Assembly (NCBI RefSeq): GCF_964355755.1
Contig: NC_092674.1
Location: 22,134,001 to 22,198,000, forward strand
DNA length: 64,000 nucleotides
Reading direction: 5' to 3'
DNA from: Antedon mediterranea
Taxonomy: Eukaryota; Animalia; Echinodermata
In this document: one piece after another, positions 25,601-37,145 of the stretch
Layout: each line of letters begins with the position of its first letter
How positions within the stretch are numbered: position 1 is the stretch's first letter
Notes under the pieces: generated by a model
Seen by the model: the letters and a program-made list of their open reading frames with translations, nothing else
Told to the model about the DNA's origin: nothing
Databases searched by the model: none
Program-made: the position numbers and the translations under genes

Positions 25601-27092
25601 CATTATTATATACAAATAAACTTTATACTGACAGTTCCTTCTCAACGTTTGTATTAATTGTAATAATTACCAAAAATATAAACGTCGTAGTGGTGTATCG
25701 TGACATGTACTTTAATATTTCAATCGATTATGACAGTGACAGTTTTAACAAAGTATTAAATCGCAAATGTTTTACTGTATTTAGAGGTATATTATGTATA
25801 GGCTTATAAAACATGAACAAAATATTTCGTTACTGAGTGGATAAAGAATATATTTAAAAATTGTTCCTCTTTGTACCTATCCGCTTTCTCATCCCTCAAC
25901 CCTAATGTTACATACAAAACACAAATTGGGTTTCTTTAAATGAGTCCAAATCAAAAATTTGGACTCATTTTGTGATAAGTTTCTCCTTCGGAAGTAATTC
26001 CCAGGGTGCTAATTTTAGTTGACTACATGAATCATCGTGTCTATTTATTCGTTTCTGTAAACGACAATGTATTATAGTCCTGCGGTACGTACATTTGAAA
26101 TCGCCAGTTTTGTTACGCTGAAATTACTGTATATTCGAGAACCATCTGTGGGCACGACCTAGATGGTACGCGAGCGAAGCGAGCGTACCATCTAGTAATT
26201 AAAAGCCAAAAAAACGTTTTGGACAAACGAGCTAGATTTATAGATAAACTACGAATAATGAATGATGAAGTAAGTTCAAATACTTTTTGCATAAAGAATG
26301 TTGTACGCTACATACCCGGCAGCTTTGTTGCCAAAGTCTTTAGTCCATCTAAAAAGAAGGTAGCAACATGCTTGTAATAATGTTATGATAAACTATAGGC
26401 TTATTTATATATTAAAATTGTTAATATACGCATGAGCAGCAAATAGCAAAATTGATTTAAATAATAGATAAAGTTGAATTAGCCCATATTGGTAACTCGA
26501 TTATTTTACATCAGGAGAAAAAAAAGTGTTGTATAGGCCTACCTGTTATCTTTTTGTCTGCTTTTCCGCAAAGAAGGTTAGCAAACTCCACCAACTGTCC
26601 TCTCGTTTGTAAGAATTCCTCTTTTTCCAGATATAAAACGACGTCCCAAATATCTTTTATTGTCTCTTCATATTTTGATAGGTCATGATAGGCCCGTGCC
26701 TCACGGTAATCATCATCTGTAGTGTTCTTAAGTCCTTTATAAAAGGCATGCCGATACGGTAATACAGAGGCGCCATCTTTCAAGCATTGTGTTTTATTCT
26801 CTGCTTCAGCGGCGTAATCAGTCAATAATTGTTTAGCCTTTTTAGATTTTGTCAGTTCAGCAATGTCCATAAATATTTTCAACTTGGTAGATGAAACAGA
26901 ATCTTGCCGTTCCATTTCATTAAAAATATCTAGTGGCTTCACATTCTCCTTGGAAAGAACATCGATTTCTTCAACAGCACCAGACACAAGAAATATTAAC
27001 TCCTTCATAAAGCGCCCTGTGAACAATTTACCGAATTCTTTTTTAAGATGCTTGTATTTTTTATTATCACCAGATGTAGCCTTAGAAGCCAT
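2334..27092 (-). CDS. Caspase-8/10-like protease: tandem DED-like prodomain plus caspase domain, ~452 aa. Exons (minus): 26543-27092, 7390-7416, 7011-7061, 3868-3924, 3138-3245, 2334-2899
   Basis: All junctions are GT-AG and phase 1, total 1359 nt in one open frame. Motifs [24 protein letters not shown] (catalytic His), [12 protein letters not shown] (catalytic Cys), [17 protein letters not shown]. The link across the 19-kb intron is inferred from phase and from the parallel structure of the paralogs; extra micro-exons are possible. Confidence 0.78.
3138..3245 (-). CDS. Caspase p20 N-terminal exon ([36 protein letters not shown])
   Basis: 108-bp phase 1-1 exon with the classic caspase start motif and substrate-binding Arg. 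Confidence 0.9.
4135..5540 (-). mobile_element. Non-autonomous Helitron-like repeat (family copy 1), interrupted by an RTE fragment
   Basis: Homologous to 6245-6775, 25200-26195 (inverted) and 53757-54125. The minus-strand end carries a GAGCGAAGCGAG hairpin followed by CTAG|T. Confidence 0.55.
4821..5365 (-). mobile_element. 5'-truncated RTE-clade LINE (ORF C-terminus, 3' UTR and (TGAT)n tail)
   Basis: YGAESWTTY...[20 protein letters not shown]...[10 protein letters not shown]...LYGEL...GRPLLRFKD; 3' end GACTGAAGGATGCC(TGAT)n. Confidence 0.85.
6245..6775 (-). mobile_element. Helitron-like repeat family copy 2 (partial)
   Basis: Collinear with 4215-4725 (CAGATGGTTCTCGAATAC...GATACACCACTACGACGTTTATA). 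Confidence 0.6.
7979..8032 (+). ncRNA. Degenerate type-I (Penelope-type) hammerhead ribozyme
   Basis: Stem I TTGAC/GTCAA, core CTGACGA, stem II GTGTGTTAGC/GCTAGCATAC, AAAA in place of GAAA, near-palindromic stem III CAAATTTT, then TA. Confidence 0.65.
8058..8450 (-). repeat. tRNA-derived (SINE-like) repeat, ~330-bp monomer plus partial second unit
   Basis: tRNA-like segment 8156-8230 with A/B boxes; 8058-8125 is repeated at 8386-8450; homologous to 22412-22772 and 23631-23703. Confidence 0.7.
8451..9677 (+). mobile_element. Penelope-like retroelement fragment (RT plus GIY-YIG C-terminus), frameshifted; 3' tail continues after the BEL element at 22316
   Basis: [80 protein letters not shown]...LSTLNK. 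Confidence 0.88.
9678..10201 (-). repeat. 3' LTR of BEL/Pao element
   Basis: Nearly identical to 21788-22315 (about 4 substitutions and one 4-bp indel by eye). Confidence 0.95.
10347..13174 (-). pseudogene. BEL/Pao pol (RT, RNase H, integrase) with a +1 frameshift near 10832
   Basis: [35 protein letters not shown] zinc finger, VDYLGP...VSDNG...AVER; continues in ORF 10347-10838 (INSRPL...LTPNHFL). Confidence 0.9.
13174..13730 (-). mobile_element. DINE-1-like non-autonomous Helentron, copy 1
   Basis: 5' TTTTTAGTCGCGTGGAAGCGACT (subTIR plus short inverted repeat), (GTCT/GTCG)n microsatellites, 3' CACGCGACTTA subTIR then GGCTGTTGGCC stem-loop and TTGTT; inserted in a T run without TSD; BEL frame rejoins as TDL(F)DVALRF. 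Confidence 0.75.
13731..14562 (-). pseudogene. BEL/Pao polyprotein middle segment (post-protease to RT start)
   Basis: [38 protein letters not shown]...VRVVYDG...SLNDYLYKG. Confidence 0.88.
15055..18223 (-). pseudogene. LINE ORF2 (APE endonuclease plus RT) with a +1 frameshift at ~17555 and a TAG at 17446-17448
   Basis: [27 protein letters not shown]...[45 protein letters not shown]. Confidence 0.9.
18669..19334 (-). CDS. LINE ORF1, coiled coil plus RRM plus CTD (L1 ORF1p-like), 221 aa
   Basis: Heptad region, then [34 protein letters not shown]. Confidence 0.85.
   Translation of the reverse strand: MSAVFESEDQLSFESFVKKKLESILKGQESNKAELYEAISFNSARIDALEDENKELKTTVKELTTTVANLQGSTTDLLAKINKTERFSRRNNVRIVGVEENTKENCKLIFENIFSDFFKLDPRPTIERAHRDGKSMNGKPRHIIARFLSYASKIEVMKQRSSALDSQKFYIIDDLTAADLLEKKKWRSQVKEMYNKGTKLRFTAGKWRNSTGIPVNFSKFH
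20194..21760 (-). pseudogene. BEL/Pao gag plus aspartic protease, interrupted by Helentron copy 2
   Basis: YPTFNG...[18 protein letters not shown], three Cys/His knuckles, [11 protein letters not shown]. Confidence 0.9.
21788..22315 (-). repeat. 5' LTR of BEL/Pao element
   Basis: TG...CA ends; gag ATG begins 27 nt downstream on the minus strand. Confidence 0.95.
22316..22362 (+). ncRNA. Penelope hammerhead ribozyme, 3' part (5' arm of stem I left at 9671-9675)
   Basis: Rejoined: GTCTC CTGATGA GTGAGT-tgcacg-ACTCAC GAAA aaagcctg TA GAGAC. Confidence 0.8.
22412..22772 (+). repeat. tRNA-derived repeat, inverted relative to 8058-8450
   Basis: tRNA-like 22628-22695 (TGGTCTAATGG A box, GTTCGAGTC B box); a partial earlier B box at ~22416-22435. 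Confidence 0.7.
22796..23420. mobile_element. MITE with ~65-bp TIRs (22796-22860 / 23278-23343) followed by tandem terminal palindromes
   Basis: ATACAATCCGTTCACACGTACATGCATATGCGTAGTACATCAACAAA is matched in reverse; ATAACGCCCTAATTA(C/G)GGCGTTAT units repeat at 23342-23420. Confidence 0.7.
25200..26195 (+). mobile_element. Helitron-like repeat family copy 3
   Basis: Reverse complement of 4200-4745 and 5440-5540; ends CTAGATGGTACGCGAGCGAAGCGAGCGTACCATCTAG|T. Confidence 0.6.
26543..27092 (-). CDS. Tandem DED-like exon of the caspase gene (183 aa)
   Basis: DED1-like ELIFLV...[22 protein letters not shown]; DED2-like LPYRHAFY...[12 protein letters not shown] (compare caspase-8 SAYRVMLY...LLDIFIEMEK). 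Acceptor 27097-98, ATG 27092, donor 26541-42. Confidence 0.8.
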
Positions 27093-27639
27093 AGTTCTAA
27101 CAAAGAAATACAATAGATATATATATATAAATCTTAAGCACAGAATAACAATATTAACAATAGCAACCAATTAACATAAAATAATACTTCCATCTATTAT
27201 ACGAATACTAAAACTAGTGCAAATAGGAGGGCGAAAAGTATTTTATCTTCAATAAGATTACAACAATAATAAATGTTGTATTCTCTCTTAGATTAATAAA
27301 TCTGAGATACCCAAACGTCATTGCGTTGGAAGTTCACCAAACTCAACAAACTACTGAAATGTGTCTTTTTTGCCGCCAAATTACACAGACGAACGGTAAC
27401 GGTAAACAGAAAACCGCGTAGCTTGTCCAACGTAGAATCTGTATCTATCCAAAGCGGAAATCGACGGTCCGCTTCACGTTGTGTAAATAGGCATAAGGAA
27501 TGACATAGATTATATATATTTTTATATATTTTATATAGTTTATTATGGTATGATGATTTATCAAATGATATGTTTTCAGTTGTAGTATTAATTTATTTTG
27601 AAATTGAGATTCTTTACACTTTGATATTAACAAGACTAA

Positions 27640-27960
27640 TGCTAATATGTTTCCCATTATAGATAAACCTACTCGTATAAAAACTAACTCATCTACCATA
27701 ATTGATCATATTATTTACTCAAACACCGTTAATCCCAGTTTTAAGTCCGAAATCTTGTTTTGTGATTTAACGGACCATCTTCCTATTTTTTTGCATTTCG
27801 TCCAAAGATAAACCACTCACAAATAGCCTGCCTAAGTATATATATAAAAGATCAATTATTGACAACTCTATGAGTTCTTTATTAACAGAGATTTCATCTA
27901 CTGATTGGACTGAGATAACATCTATAAATGATGTTGACTGAGCTTATAATTTAATTAGTT
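27640..27960 (+). mobile_element. Degenerate LINE endonuclease fragment
   Basis: MFPIIDKPTRIKTNSSTIIDHI...CDLTDHLPIF, with stops downstream. Confidence 0.65.
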
Positions 27961-28429
27961 CATACAGAGCATAAAATCTCCTAAACTTTAAATGCTGCCA
28001 TCTACAATTTTAGTAACTCTATTGCAATGAAATTTGACTCATTAGCATAATTTTCTTTGTTCTATACAAAAAATCACGCTTAGAAAGCTGTAAAATCAAT
28101 TCTGATTGGTCTAACAGAGAAGCAGCTTTTTTTCTATGAAATCCCTAAGCCAATAGGCCTATACCTGGCTAAGCCTCTCCTGTCAGCCAATCAGTGTAGA
28201 TATTGTTGGATGGTAATTGAAATGGACATTAAAGATACACCATGGATGTGTCCATAAGAAGAAGCTATTAAAGCCCAAAACAACATTCCATATGGATATG
28301 AAGAAGCTCTTGTTGTTTTTTAAAATGTTCACAAAAGTATTATAAAAACTGATGAAAAAGTTATTGCTGTATCGATTTACTCCTATTTTGTAAACATGCT
28401 CGGCTGGGGAATAGATGATGCCCTGAAAC

Positions 28430-29030
28430 ATACAAACGCAATTGTTGACAGAGATGTCAAGACAATAAGAAGATGGCGAGACAAATTGTATTCAAATAAT
28501 GGTAAATATTAATATTTATTTTTTCGTATATTATTTTTTATGCTGTAATTCAATAGTGTGAAAACCATGAATTTCAAAATAATTCTGTACCGGTATATTA
28601 TTTGCGTTGCAGTATTATATATATATTTTTTTGTTTTTATAGGAAATGTTGAAGAATCGCAAACTGGAAAGTATGAGCGACAGTTTATATTTAATGGTGA
28701 AGATCTGAGATATAAAGCGCTGAAATTCATCCGTGACAATGCTTGCACTCAAAGGCCAGCCGAATATGAGAGTAGCAGATTTCAGAAAATGGATCAACAC
28801 TGAGCTTTTGACATCAACTCACTTGCCACCTTTGTTTCCCAAATCAATTTTAATTGAAACAGCTAGCTCGAGTTTGGTTACAGCAATTAGGATTTTCATA
28901 TACAGATAAAAAAAAATGGGGACTTACACCGATGGACATGAAAGAGAAGATGTTCGAGAATGCCGAAAAACATTTATAGATCAAATTTCAGATTTGGAAA
29001 CCAAACACCTACCGCCCCCTAAATGTAATG
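28430..29030 (+). mobile_element. Degenerate intron-containing DNA transposase fragment (probably IS630/Tc1/mariner superfamily)
   Basis: KTIRRWRDKLYSNN | intron ~28502-28642 | ...KWINTELL...WLQQLGFSY...TYTDGHEREDVRECRKTF, with frameshifts. Family call from motif recall. Confidence 0.5.
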
Positions 29031-29339
29031 TAATACAGTGGAAGTACTTTCCATTTTACATGCTTTCTACAAAGAATTTTCTTTAGCCATGTGATTTAAG
29101 TGTTTTAACTTGAGTAGAAAAACCTGGCATATTAATGCCACAATGCCACCCTCAACTATTTTACCAATTAATGTTTTTATTTTTATTTTTCCATTCCATT
29201 TTGACAACACTTTTAGGCACATCAATTGTAGATGTATTGTATATTAATAATAATTAATTAATAATGGTGCTAAAGCTAAACTTTTTAAAACTGTGACTTT
29301 TCCAAAAAGTGTAAGATTCCTTGCTTTCCAAGGGTTTAA

Positions 29340-29990
29340 TACTTTTTCAAGGTTTGTTAATTTTTTAACCCAGTTTAATTCTTTAAATAATTCATTATCA
29401 TATCCTAAGTATATTCATAAGATTTTTATAGGATCAGTAACCCATTATATATTAAATGGGTTATCTATTTTTACCAGTCCACATGGCACTAGTTTTGTTC
29501 TTGTTTAATATGTTATAATCTATGGTTAGCAGAGTAATAGGACGCCAATTTTCTAGTAGACTTTTATCCCCTTTCTTGTATAACAGATTAATAACTTATT
29601 TCGCTATTTAAATAGCATTCATTAAAAACATCACATATTAAATATTTGAGATCTTCACAAAAACAGTTAAACCATCATACCCTGGGGCTTTATTCAATTT
29701 CATATGTTGTAATGCTTCCCTGCATTTATGCACTGTGATTAAGCCTTCACAGCTTGTTTTTTCTTCATTTGTTAAACTATTTACATTTGAATGATCTAGG
29801 TAGTCACTTATTTTTGTTTGGGAGATTCCCTTATTAGCATATAGTTTGTTAAAGAATCTTATTTCTTCACATATCATTTCCTTTGGTTTTTCAATAATTT
29901 ACCTTTATTTTTTTAATACTTTTTATATGCTTTTTTGATTCATTACTTTTTCTAAACCTAATAATTAATTTATGCTACGCTCACCCTCCT
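29340..29990 (-). mobile_element. Degenerate L1/Tx1-type LINE ORF2 fragment
   Basis: EGERS..LGLEK, FFNKLY, CEGLIT, MKLNKAPGYDGL, KKGDKSLLENWRPITLLTIDY. Confidence 0.75.
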
Positions 29991-31134
29991 TCTACTTGAG
30001 ATGTTATTCAAAAATACATTATGACGGTTTTGAGTGATCTGTTACACAGAATTCAGCTCCAATATACAGAATAGCTGTATATTTAACACTACTATATCCT
30101 CGAATATGGTCATTATTTTATTTATTTATTAAGAATCAAGATGCACACCTCACAAAACTTAAAAAACTACTAAAAATCCATCCAAATTTACATAGACGAG
30201 CACTATTGTTTGTTTCATTTGTTTTTATATCGTTTAGTTTTAAGTGGTAGTTGTATATTTGTTTCGTTTAAAATATAAAATCTGTTTATTTTGGTGTGAA
30301 GAATTCTTACATCATTTCCAAATTTATTTTTCTAAAATAGTTTATTATGGTAGGATGTTTTATCAAAGGATGTTGCCATTGTAGTATTAATTTATTTATA
30401 TTTGTGATATTAATATCTTTTTTAGAATCCATAGGTAGTTTTGGAACCCGATAGTGAAACTCTAAAGTACTACAGTAGTTTGTGCAGTGATAGCGACAAG
30501 AATGTTTCCCTTAACAAATATAGAAGCAGGATTATTGATTTTTACATTTGGATTTTGAACTTTGAACTCACTCACACATACACTTTCCATTGTCTTTCGT
30601 TACCACGAATATGACTAATGTTAGAAATAACAAAACAGAAAAATGTAATTAAAAGTGTCGGTTGTTTTTTAGTTTAGTTTATCTATCGCCAACTGTACAA
30701 GATGAATATTTTTTTCTGTAATGCCATAGTTCATGTAAATACAATTTCAATCAGAAGTATTATGTACAGAATCAATTAAAAACAAAGTAATCTGATGCTG
30801 AGTTTGAAACACGGATTGAGATCGCAAAATCAATATATTTAAAAGTAATATGAATAATTATATAACATTATATCGGTATCGGTTTCATAAGAGTACTTGT
30901 ATACTTTAAGATTCTAAGGTTTCTCAGAACCTGTTTCGTAGTAGTTATCAATTTATGTTTCGGGTTTTTTTTTTATAATTTATGTGAGCCACATTTGTAG
31001 TGCCCTTCTCACCAACCCATGTCTCCATTAAACCACAATGAATTGCGATATTTTCAATCTATTAATTCTTTTCTTACTGTTGATGCACCCGCATAGTGAC
31101 GCAGTCAAACTGAAACAGCCACAAGAAATGGGCC

Positions 31135-32035
31135 GTTTTTATTTTGAACCTTTCAGATATGGTGTCTTATTTTGTGAACAAACAATGTAAATATATGGAT
31201 TAAATTACTAACATTGATAACAATTATATTCAATTTTGGGCCTACCTTCGTTCTTCGTTCAGAAACAACTACAGTATTCCCTTTGTAAGAATGTAGTCTA
31301 CTCCGTGACGATTACAGATTGTTTGGTACTGCTACTCTAATTTTACCATACAAACAAAAGGAGAAAAAAACGGAAAAACTTACATACAGGGAACTAAAAT
31401 TTATGGACTTAGAAACAGGAATTAACAAAGTTTATATACCATTTCCACCTTATAATTTACAATCGTCGATTGAATACGCATGCGCACCTGGAGTTCATGT
31501 CACAGAATGCATTTTGGGTAATACTGACAACGCCCGAATTGTCATTGCAAAAATATAAAGTTCATGGTGTGTTTTGTTTGTTTTTTTAACAAAGAGGTCC
31601 AACCTTAACCAAAATGCTAAATGATTTCTATCTACATCCACCACATCACTAAAAACGGTAACTGCTTCTGAGATAATATAAAATAATTAATTATTACCGT
31701 CTTTTAGGCCTAGGCCTTTTCTAACTGCGACACTAATGAGTCTCTTTCAGGCGACTTTGACTGCCGACTTGCATCGTCTTCCCAAGCATTAGCTTGTCGG
31801 GGAAACGGCTAAATTTGGAAATTAGCGTTGTCGAGAAAAAAAAAGAATTCACGCAACTTGCCAATGAGTACGCAGATTTTTCTTTCGTCGTAAAAACAAA
31901 ATTTAACGTTACTGAACACCCTCAAAACAAAATGGGAAACACATATAAAGACAAACAAACAACGACAAAGCTATCATGAAACTGGTGGGATGCGATTAAA
32001 TAATAGTACTTTACATTTTTTTTAATTCCCCTGTA
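31135..32035 (+). repeat. Segment duplicated at ~37515-38470; adjacent 32135-32565 recurs at ~34345-34740 and 32665-32894 at ~40422-40649
   Basis: Long collinear matches, e.g. CGCATGCGCACCTGGAGTTCATGTCACAGAATGCATTTTGGG in both copies. Confidence 0.85.
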
Positions 32036-35000
32036 TACGGAGTTAACGGAGTTAACATTACAGAGAAATTCTCGCGTCTTGCTAGTAACAGAAACAGGCC
32101 CAAAAGGAGGTAATAGTAATAACATCAAATTAAATTGTTAAATGTATATCGACTACAACAATTCCCAACAACTTGTGTCAATTTGAAGGTTTTAATTTCC
32201 TTCAAATGCCTATATTCAATCTTGTAAAATTATTTGCTGCCGATTTAAATGTACAATCAGGCCTACATTAACTATATCACGAACAACTAATACAATCTTA
32301 TTTTTATTACTTTACCTTTTTATTTGTAAAACAACAAATGTGTCGTTGGTAAGTACGTATTTTCCTACCTCGTAGTTTATAATAATAGGCCCAAGTGATG
32401 ATAATGAATAAATCGCACCATAATATGCAACAATGGAGAGAACTCAATAAAGCGTGAATGCATGAATTACGTTGAATAACTTTCCGGCCTGTATTGTGAT
32501 GCCCCATTTTATGATCGTAAACCATATACTTTCAGTTCTATATTATTATTGAATTAAAGTAGTGTATTAACATAATGTACTAGAAACGGCTTTACTATAA
32601 TGTATGTGATTGTCTCATTATAATACCTACAACAAACAAAATAAACGTAATGGGCGTTGTTTTCATTTTATAAAAATTGTCTTCATTAATGCCCCTTACT
32701 ATATTTTACGATGGTCCCTAAACATATCTCAATAATAGTCCACAGACTTAGCTATGTATATTTATTATGTGAATTGTGTTTTACGACAAAGGGCACAACT
32801 CATTGTGCCAATCTAGTCTGCGCCTCTGAATAGGCTCAGTGTACATATAGATATCAGACCAATCTTTAAATTATACTGTTCAGGGATGGCATTCATTACT
32901 TTTTTAACACTTTTTCAATTCACCATATCATCCAGTTTAACTTCCCTCCCTCACCCCCATCATCTTTAGTTGCTATTTTTTTATCAGCAATATACAGTAG
33001 GATTCAAATCGAAACCGTTTCTAACACCTCATCCTGAATATTAAGCTCAATTTTTAAACGGTTTTCGTTCATGGTAATGCTGGCGAATACTGACTACGCG
33101 CAATTGTGACAGCAATTTGTGTAATTGCTAATTATCAAGAAATCGTTGGGGTTATAGAGCATAAAACACTTCGTTCCGTCAGGAAAGAGTGAAATTACAC
33201 CTCTTCCCAGGTTCCGTTAATAATAATAGGCCTAATAGTATAACAGGAAGCAATGGGGGGAATTGACAAAGCCATAATTGTGTATGCATCGATAATAACG
33301 TTGAATGAAAACATAAAAGTTTCATATAAAATTGTTTGTAACCGGTAGGTAGCTGCTCTGGCTAGAATCAAATCACAATCAAAATGAATAGTTATACTGT
33401 AGTGTATTCTCTATCGCTACGTCCAGATGCATTATAAATTATTTTTTAAAGTTTAATCTGTACATAATTAGTTCCTTTTATTTAATTTTGATTACTTTTT
33501 GTATACTTATCGTAGTTTTTTAAATGTTGTTTTGTTTTGTTGGACGCTCCGTTTGGCACGTGTGTCACCGATATAAATGTGTTGTTTATTATTATTACCA
33601 AATGCTGTACGTTGGTAATTCCGTTGACGTTCAAATTCAAATGTGCAGTTAAAGCGACTAGCTATCTTTTCATTCATTTATTTGTTTGATCACAATCAAT
33701 TTCAATAACAATAATTATCAACAAAACAACAAATAAAAAAAAGATCACAAGCAATACGCAAGAATGGGAGTTAAATGGTATACAATTTACATTAAAAGTA
33801 GAATAACATGGGATTAATATACTGTATACAGTTCACGCTTGATGTTAAATTGTTGTCTGTTTAGTATCATTTAGTTATGGTAGGCCCACTTTATTTGAAA
33901 AAAAAAATTAACTATACCAATGTATCAATATATCAGACAAGTATCAGAACAAAACGCACTAATATTATAAATAGGCTAAAAAACAAACAAATTGTAAGAG
34001 ACGCCAGACCTTATAACAATTATAAACCCTGCATGTTTTGGATATTTTGATAGAAACAGAGTTCTACAGGGTGGACTCTATCATTACTTTATTATAAAAA
34101 GTGCACTGGTTGTTCTACTGGTGATAAGATCCGTGTATAGGCATATTTATGCAACTAGCAACTGTTATTAGTGTGATATTTTATATCTAGTTATTAGTTC
34201 ACATTCTAGTATTTCATAACATTGTGATATTGCGTCTTTTTAGTAGGCCTAGGCCTATATTGAAGCAGAAACGGGATCAAAAAGGTAACCAATAAAATCA
34301 TTTTTAATTTTTAAATGAGGAGGTAATGGTAGAGACTAACAAAAAGTGTATCGACTACAACGATCCCCAACAACATGTCAATTTGAATGTTTTAATTTCC
34401 AAATGCCTACTTTCAATCTTCTGATTTAAATGTACAATTACAGTAAACATATCACGAATACGGTAAATAATAACATCTTATTTGGGTTACTTTACCTTTT
34501 TATTTGTAAAAGATCAAGTGTGGTTGATAAATATGTGTTTTCCTTCCTCGTAGTTTACATATGAAATACAATCATGGAGAAAACTCAATAAATGTTGTAT
34601 GCATGATGAATTACGTTGAATGGCTTTTCCGGCCTGTATTGTGATGCTCCCTTTTATTATACGTAGGCCTATCCTATACCATACTTTCAGTTTTCTGTAT
34701 TTTTTAATTAAAGTAGTATAGTAATATAACTTATACGATATAACAGGTCTTGTTTTCATTTGTGCTTAGATACATGGCTTTAGTCTCAGCTAATAATAAT
34801 AATATGCTTTGCGTTTACGAAAATGTAATGACATTTGAAATTCTAAACCTAATTTTTTACCGAATGTTCTACATCCCTACATAATTATTTAGATTACAAT
34901 TTCGAAAAAAAGACATTGGTTGATTTTGCCGTTAAATTACAGATTATCGTTTTGTTCAAATACATTTAATTTTACATGACAATATATTAAAACCATTTAT

Positions 35001-36544
35001 GAATTTATTTCACTAACAATATTTTTCCGATAATAAATTTACAAATATTGTGTTTTTCCAACACCCTAAAATTTAGCAATTTTGAACTAAATTTGAAAAG
35101 TAGGGCGCCCTCTCCGAGTCAAAATTTGACACGATTTGTCGACTGGCTTTCCCACTAATGATTGATTAATAGGATAAGAAAACATCCAATTTGTGTTAAA
35201 TATTAGTTTTTATTGGGTTTTATAGGTACGTTCTATAATTGGTCAATATAAAAATTTGACCCTTAATCATAAAAGGATTTTTTTTCATAAAGTGATTGAG
35301 TAGATATAATTATAAAAATGTAATAAAAGACTAAATTGTGCTTCAATAAATTTGTTATAATACATATTACATAATATATTGTTGTAATTGGTCAATTGAC
35401 CCTTTATATCTTAAAAACGCTTTCTATCCTGATCGATTTCCTTTCATATTCGTAATCTACGGAAAATTCTGGTCTAGAAAAGTTGGATGACAATTTTTCC
35501 CCATTCGGGTGGTAATTCCCCCTCCTACCACCGGACTATATCTCCGTCTTTAAAAATGTATTGTCCCCCTAAAAAATTAATTCTTAAATTGTTGTTTGTT
35601 GAATATGCCATTTTAATGTCACCAAATAGTTATCCACTTTGACCAAAAATTTGATAGAAATAAAAAACATTTCCCTACAAAATGTAATTTAAAGCCAAAC
35701 ATTCCAATTGGCTGCCAGCCAATGGGTTTTTGGTTGAATTTAACCATTTATTATGTAATTTTATAAGTGAAAACATTTCCATTTTTTTTTCTACAGAAAT
35801 GATTAACTTTATTAAAGCTACAAAATAATCTATTAAAAGTCTGATTTTATTAATCTTTATTTGTTTATGTTTTTGGGGGGAAATACATCTTTAACGAGTA
35901 AGTTTTCTAATACCTAATGCATGGATTAATGAATAGAAGGATACGTATCGACGGTGACATCAAACGATTTTCCATCGCGCTAGCCTATACTGAAGCACTG
36001 CTGCCAATCAAAGAAACAAGATCTTTGGATTCCCGGTCTCTAACCGCGGCCCTTTATCTGATTTTTCTATTGACATGTATGCGTCGATGATTAATTGACA
36101 ACAAGATAATTTTATTTCAATAGCACACAAAGGTAGGTCTATAACAGGTACGGTGCCATGTTAATTTGCGAATCCCTCTACACAACACAAGAAATACCAA
36201 CCCTCTTCCCATCCCAGACAAATTCCGGATGTCACCATGGGCCCATTACTCCCAAAAACCCACAACCCCTCTGTGACGGTTTTCAAATGAAATTTAAGAC
36301 ATTCCAGTAGGCCTCCAATTCCGGTTATTTTGATACTCCATCCCATGAACACCTCCAAATATTTCAAGTTTAATTTCTTCCCAGTACAATTCTGGTCGTT
36401 TTGAACACCACACTATAACCACCAGCCCCAGGCTATCATAAAAATTTATTTCAATTATTAATACCGATAATTAACAGGTTTGTACTCTATTTGATTTTAT
36501 GACCTTGAAAATGACCTTAAACTTGTAAGTTGATGAACTCTTCG

Positions 36545-37145
36545 GCAAATGTTAATGATATAACATCAAGAGCCTCACGTAGACTATTTTCACTATGTAT
36601 CCTGAAAAGGTCTAGTGCACCAGTCAGTGACCTGGTTACAGTATTTACATCATATATCAGACCTGTGCTGGAATATGCCTGCCAGGTTTGGCATTCATCA
36701 TTAACTGTTCAGCAATCTAATTTAATAGAAAAAATTCAAAAACGGGCTTTGCGCATAATTTTGAGCCCACATTATGTTAGCTATGAATTAGCCTTAGAGC
36801 AAGTAGGTTTGCCTTCTTTAAAGTCCCGTAGAGAACAGATTCTTCTCAAGTTTGGCAAGAGTCTTTTAGAATCTACCAAATTTAGAAATATGTTACCAGC
36901 ATATAAATCTGATAGGCATTCAAGATCGTTAAGGAGCAATACTAGTTCAAAGTTGGATTCTTGCAGATGTCGCACTGAAAGATATAGGCGGTCTACTATT
37001 CCACACTTAGCACGAATCCTTTAAGTTTAATGTTTAGTTTAGATCTTCTTTGATGTATTTTATTACTCAGTTGATTGTAATCCAACCTTTTCAGCTCTTG
37101 CTGCTGGTTGGAATTTGATGTTTTTATACCTTAATAAATAAATAT
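36545..37145 (+). mobile_element. 3' fragment of a CR1/L2-group LINE
   Basis: YIRPVLEYACQVWHSSLT...IEKIQKRALRII...CRTERYRRS, then AATAAATAAA. Confidence 0.8.

Noticed and set aside
26511-27170. ORF-track proteins of 219 aa here and 185 aa at 46850-47407 as complete genes
   Set aside because: They run into intron sequence; splice sites define the real coding exons.
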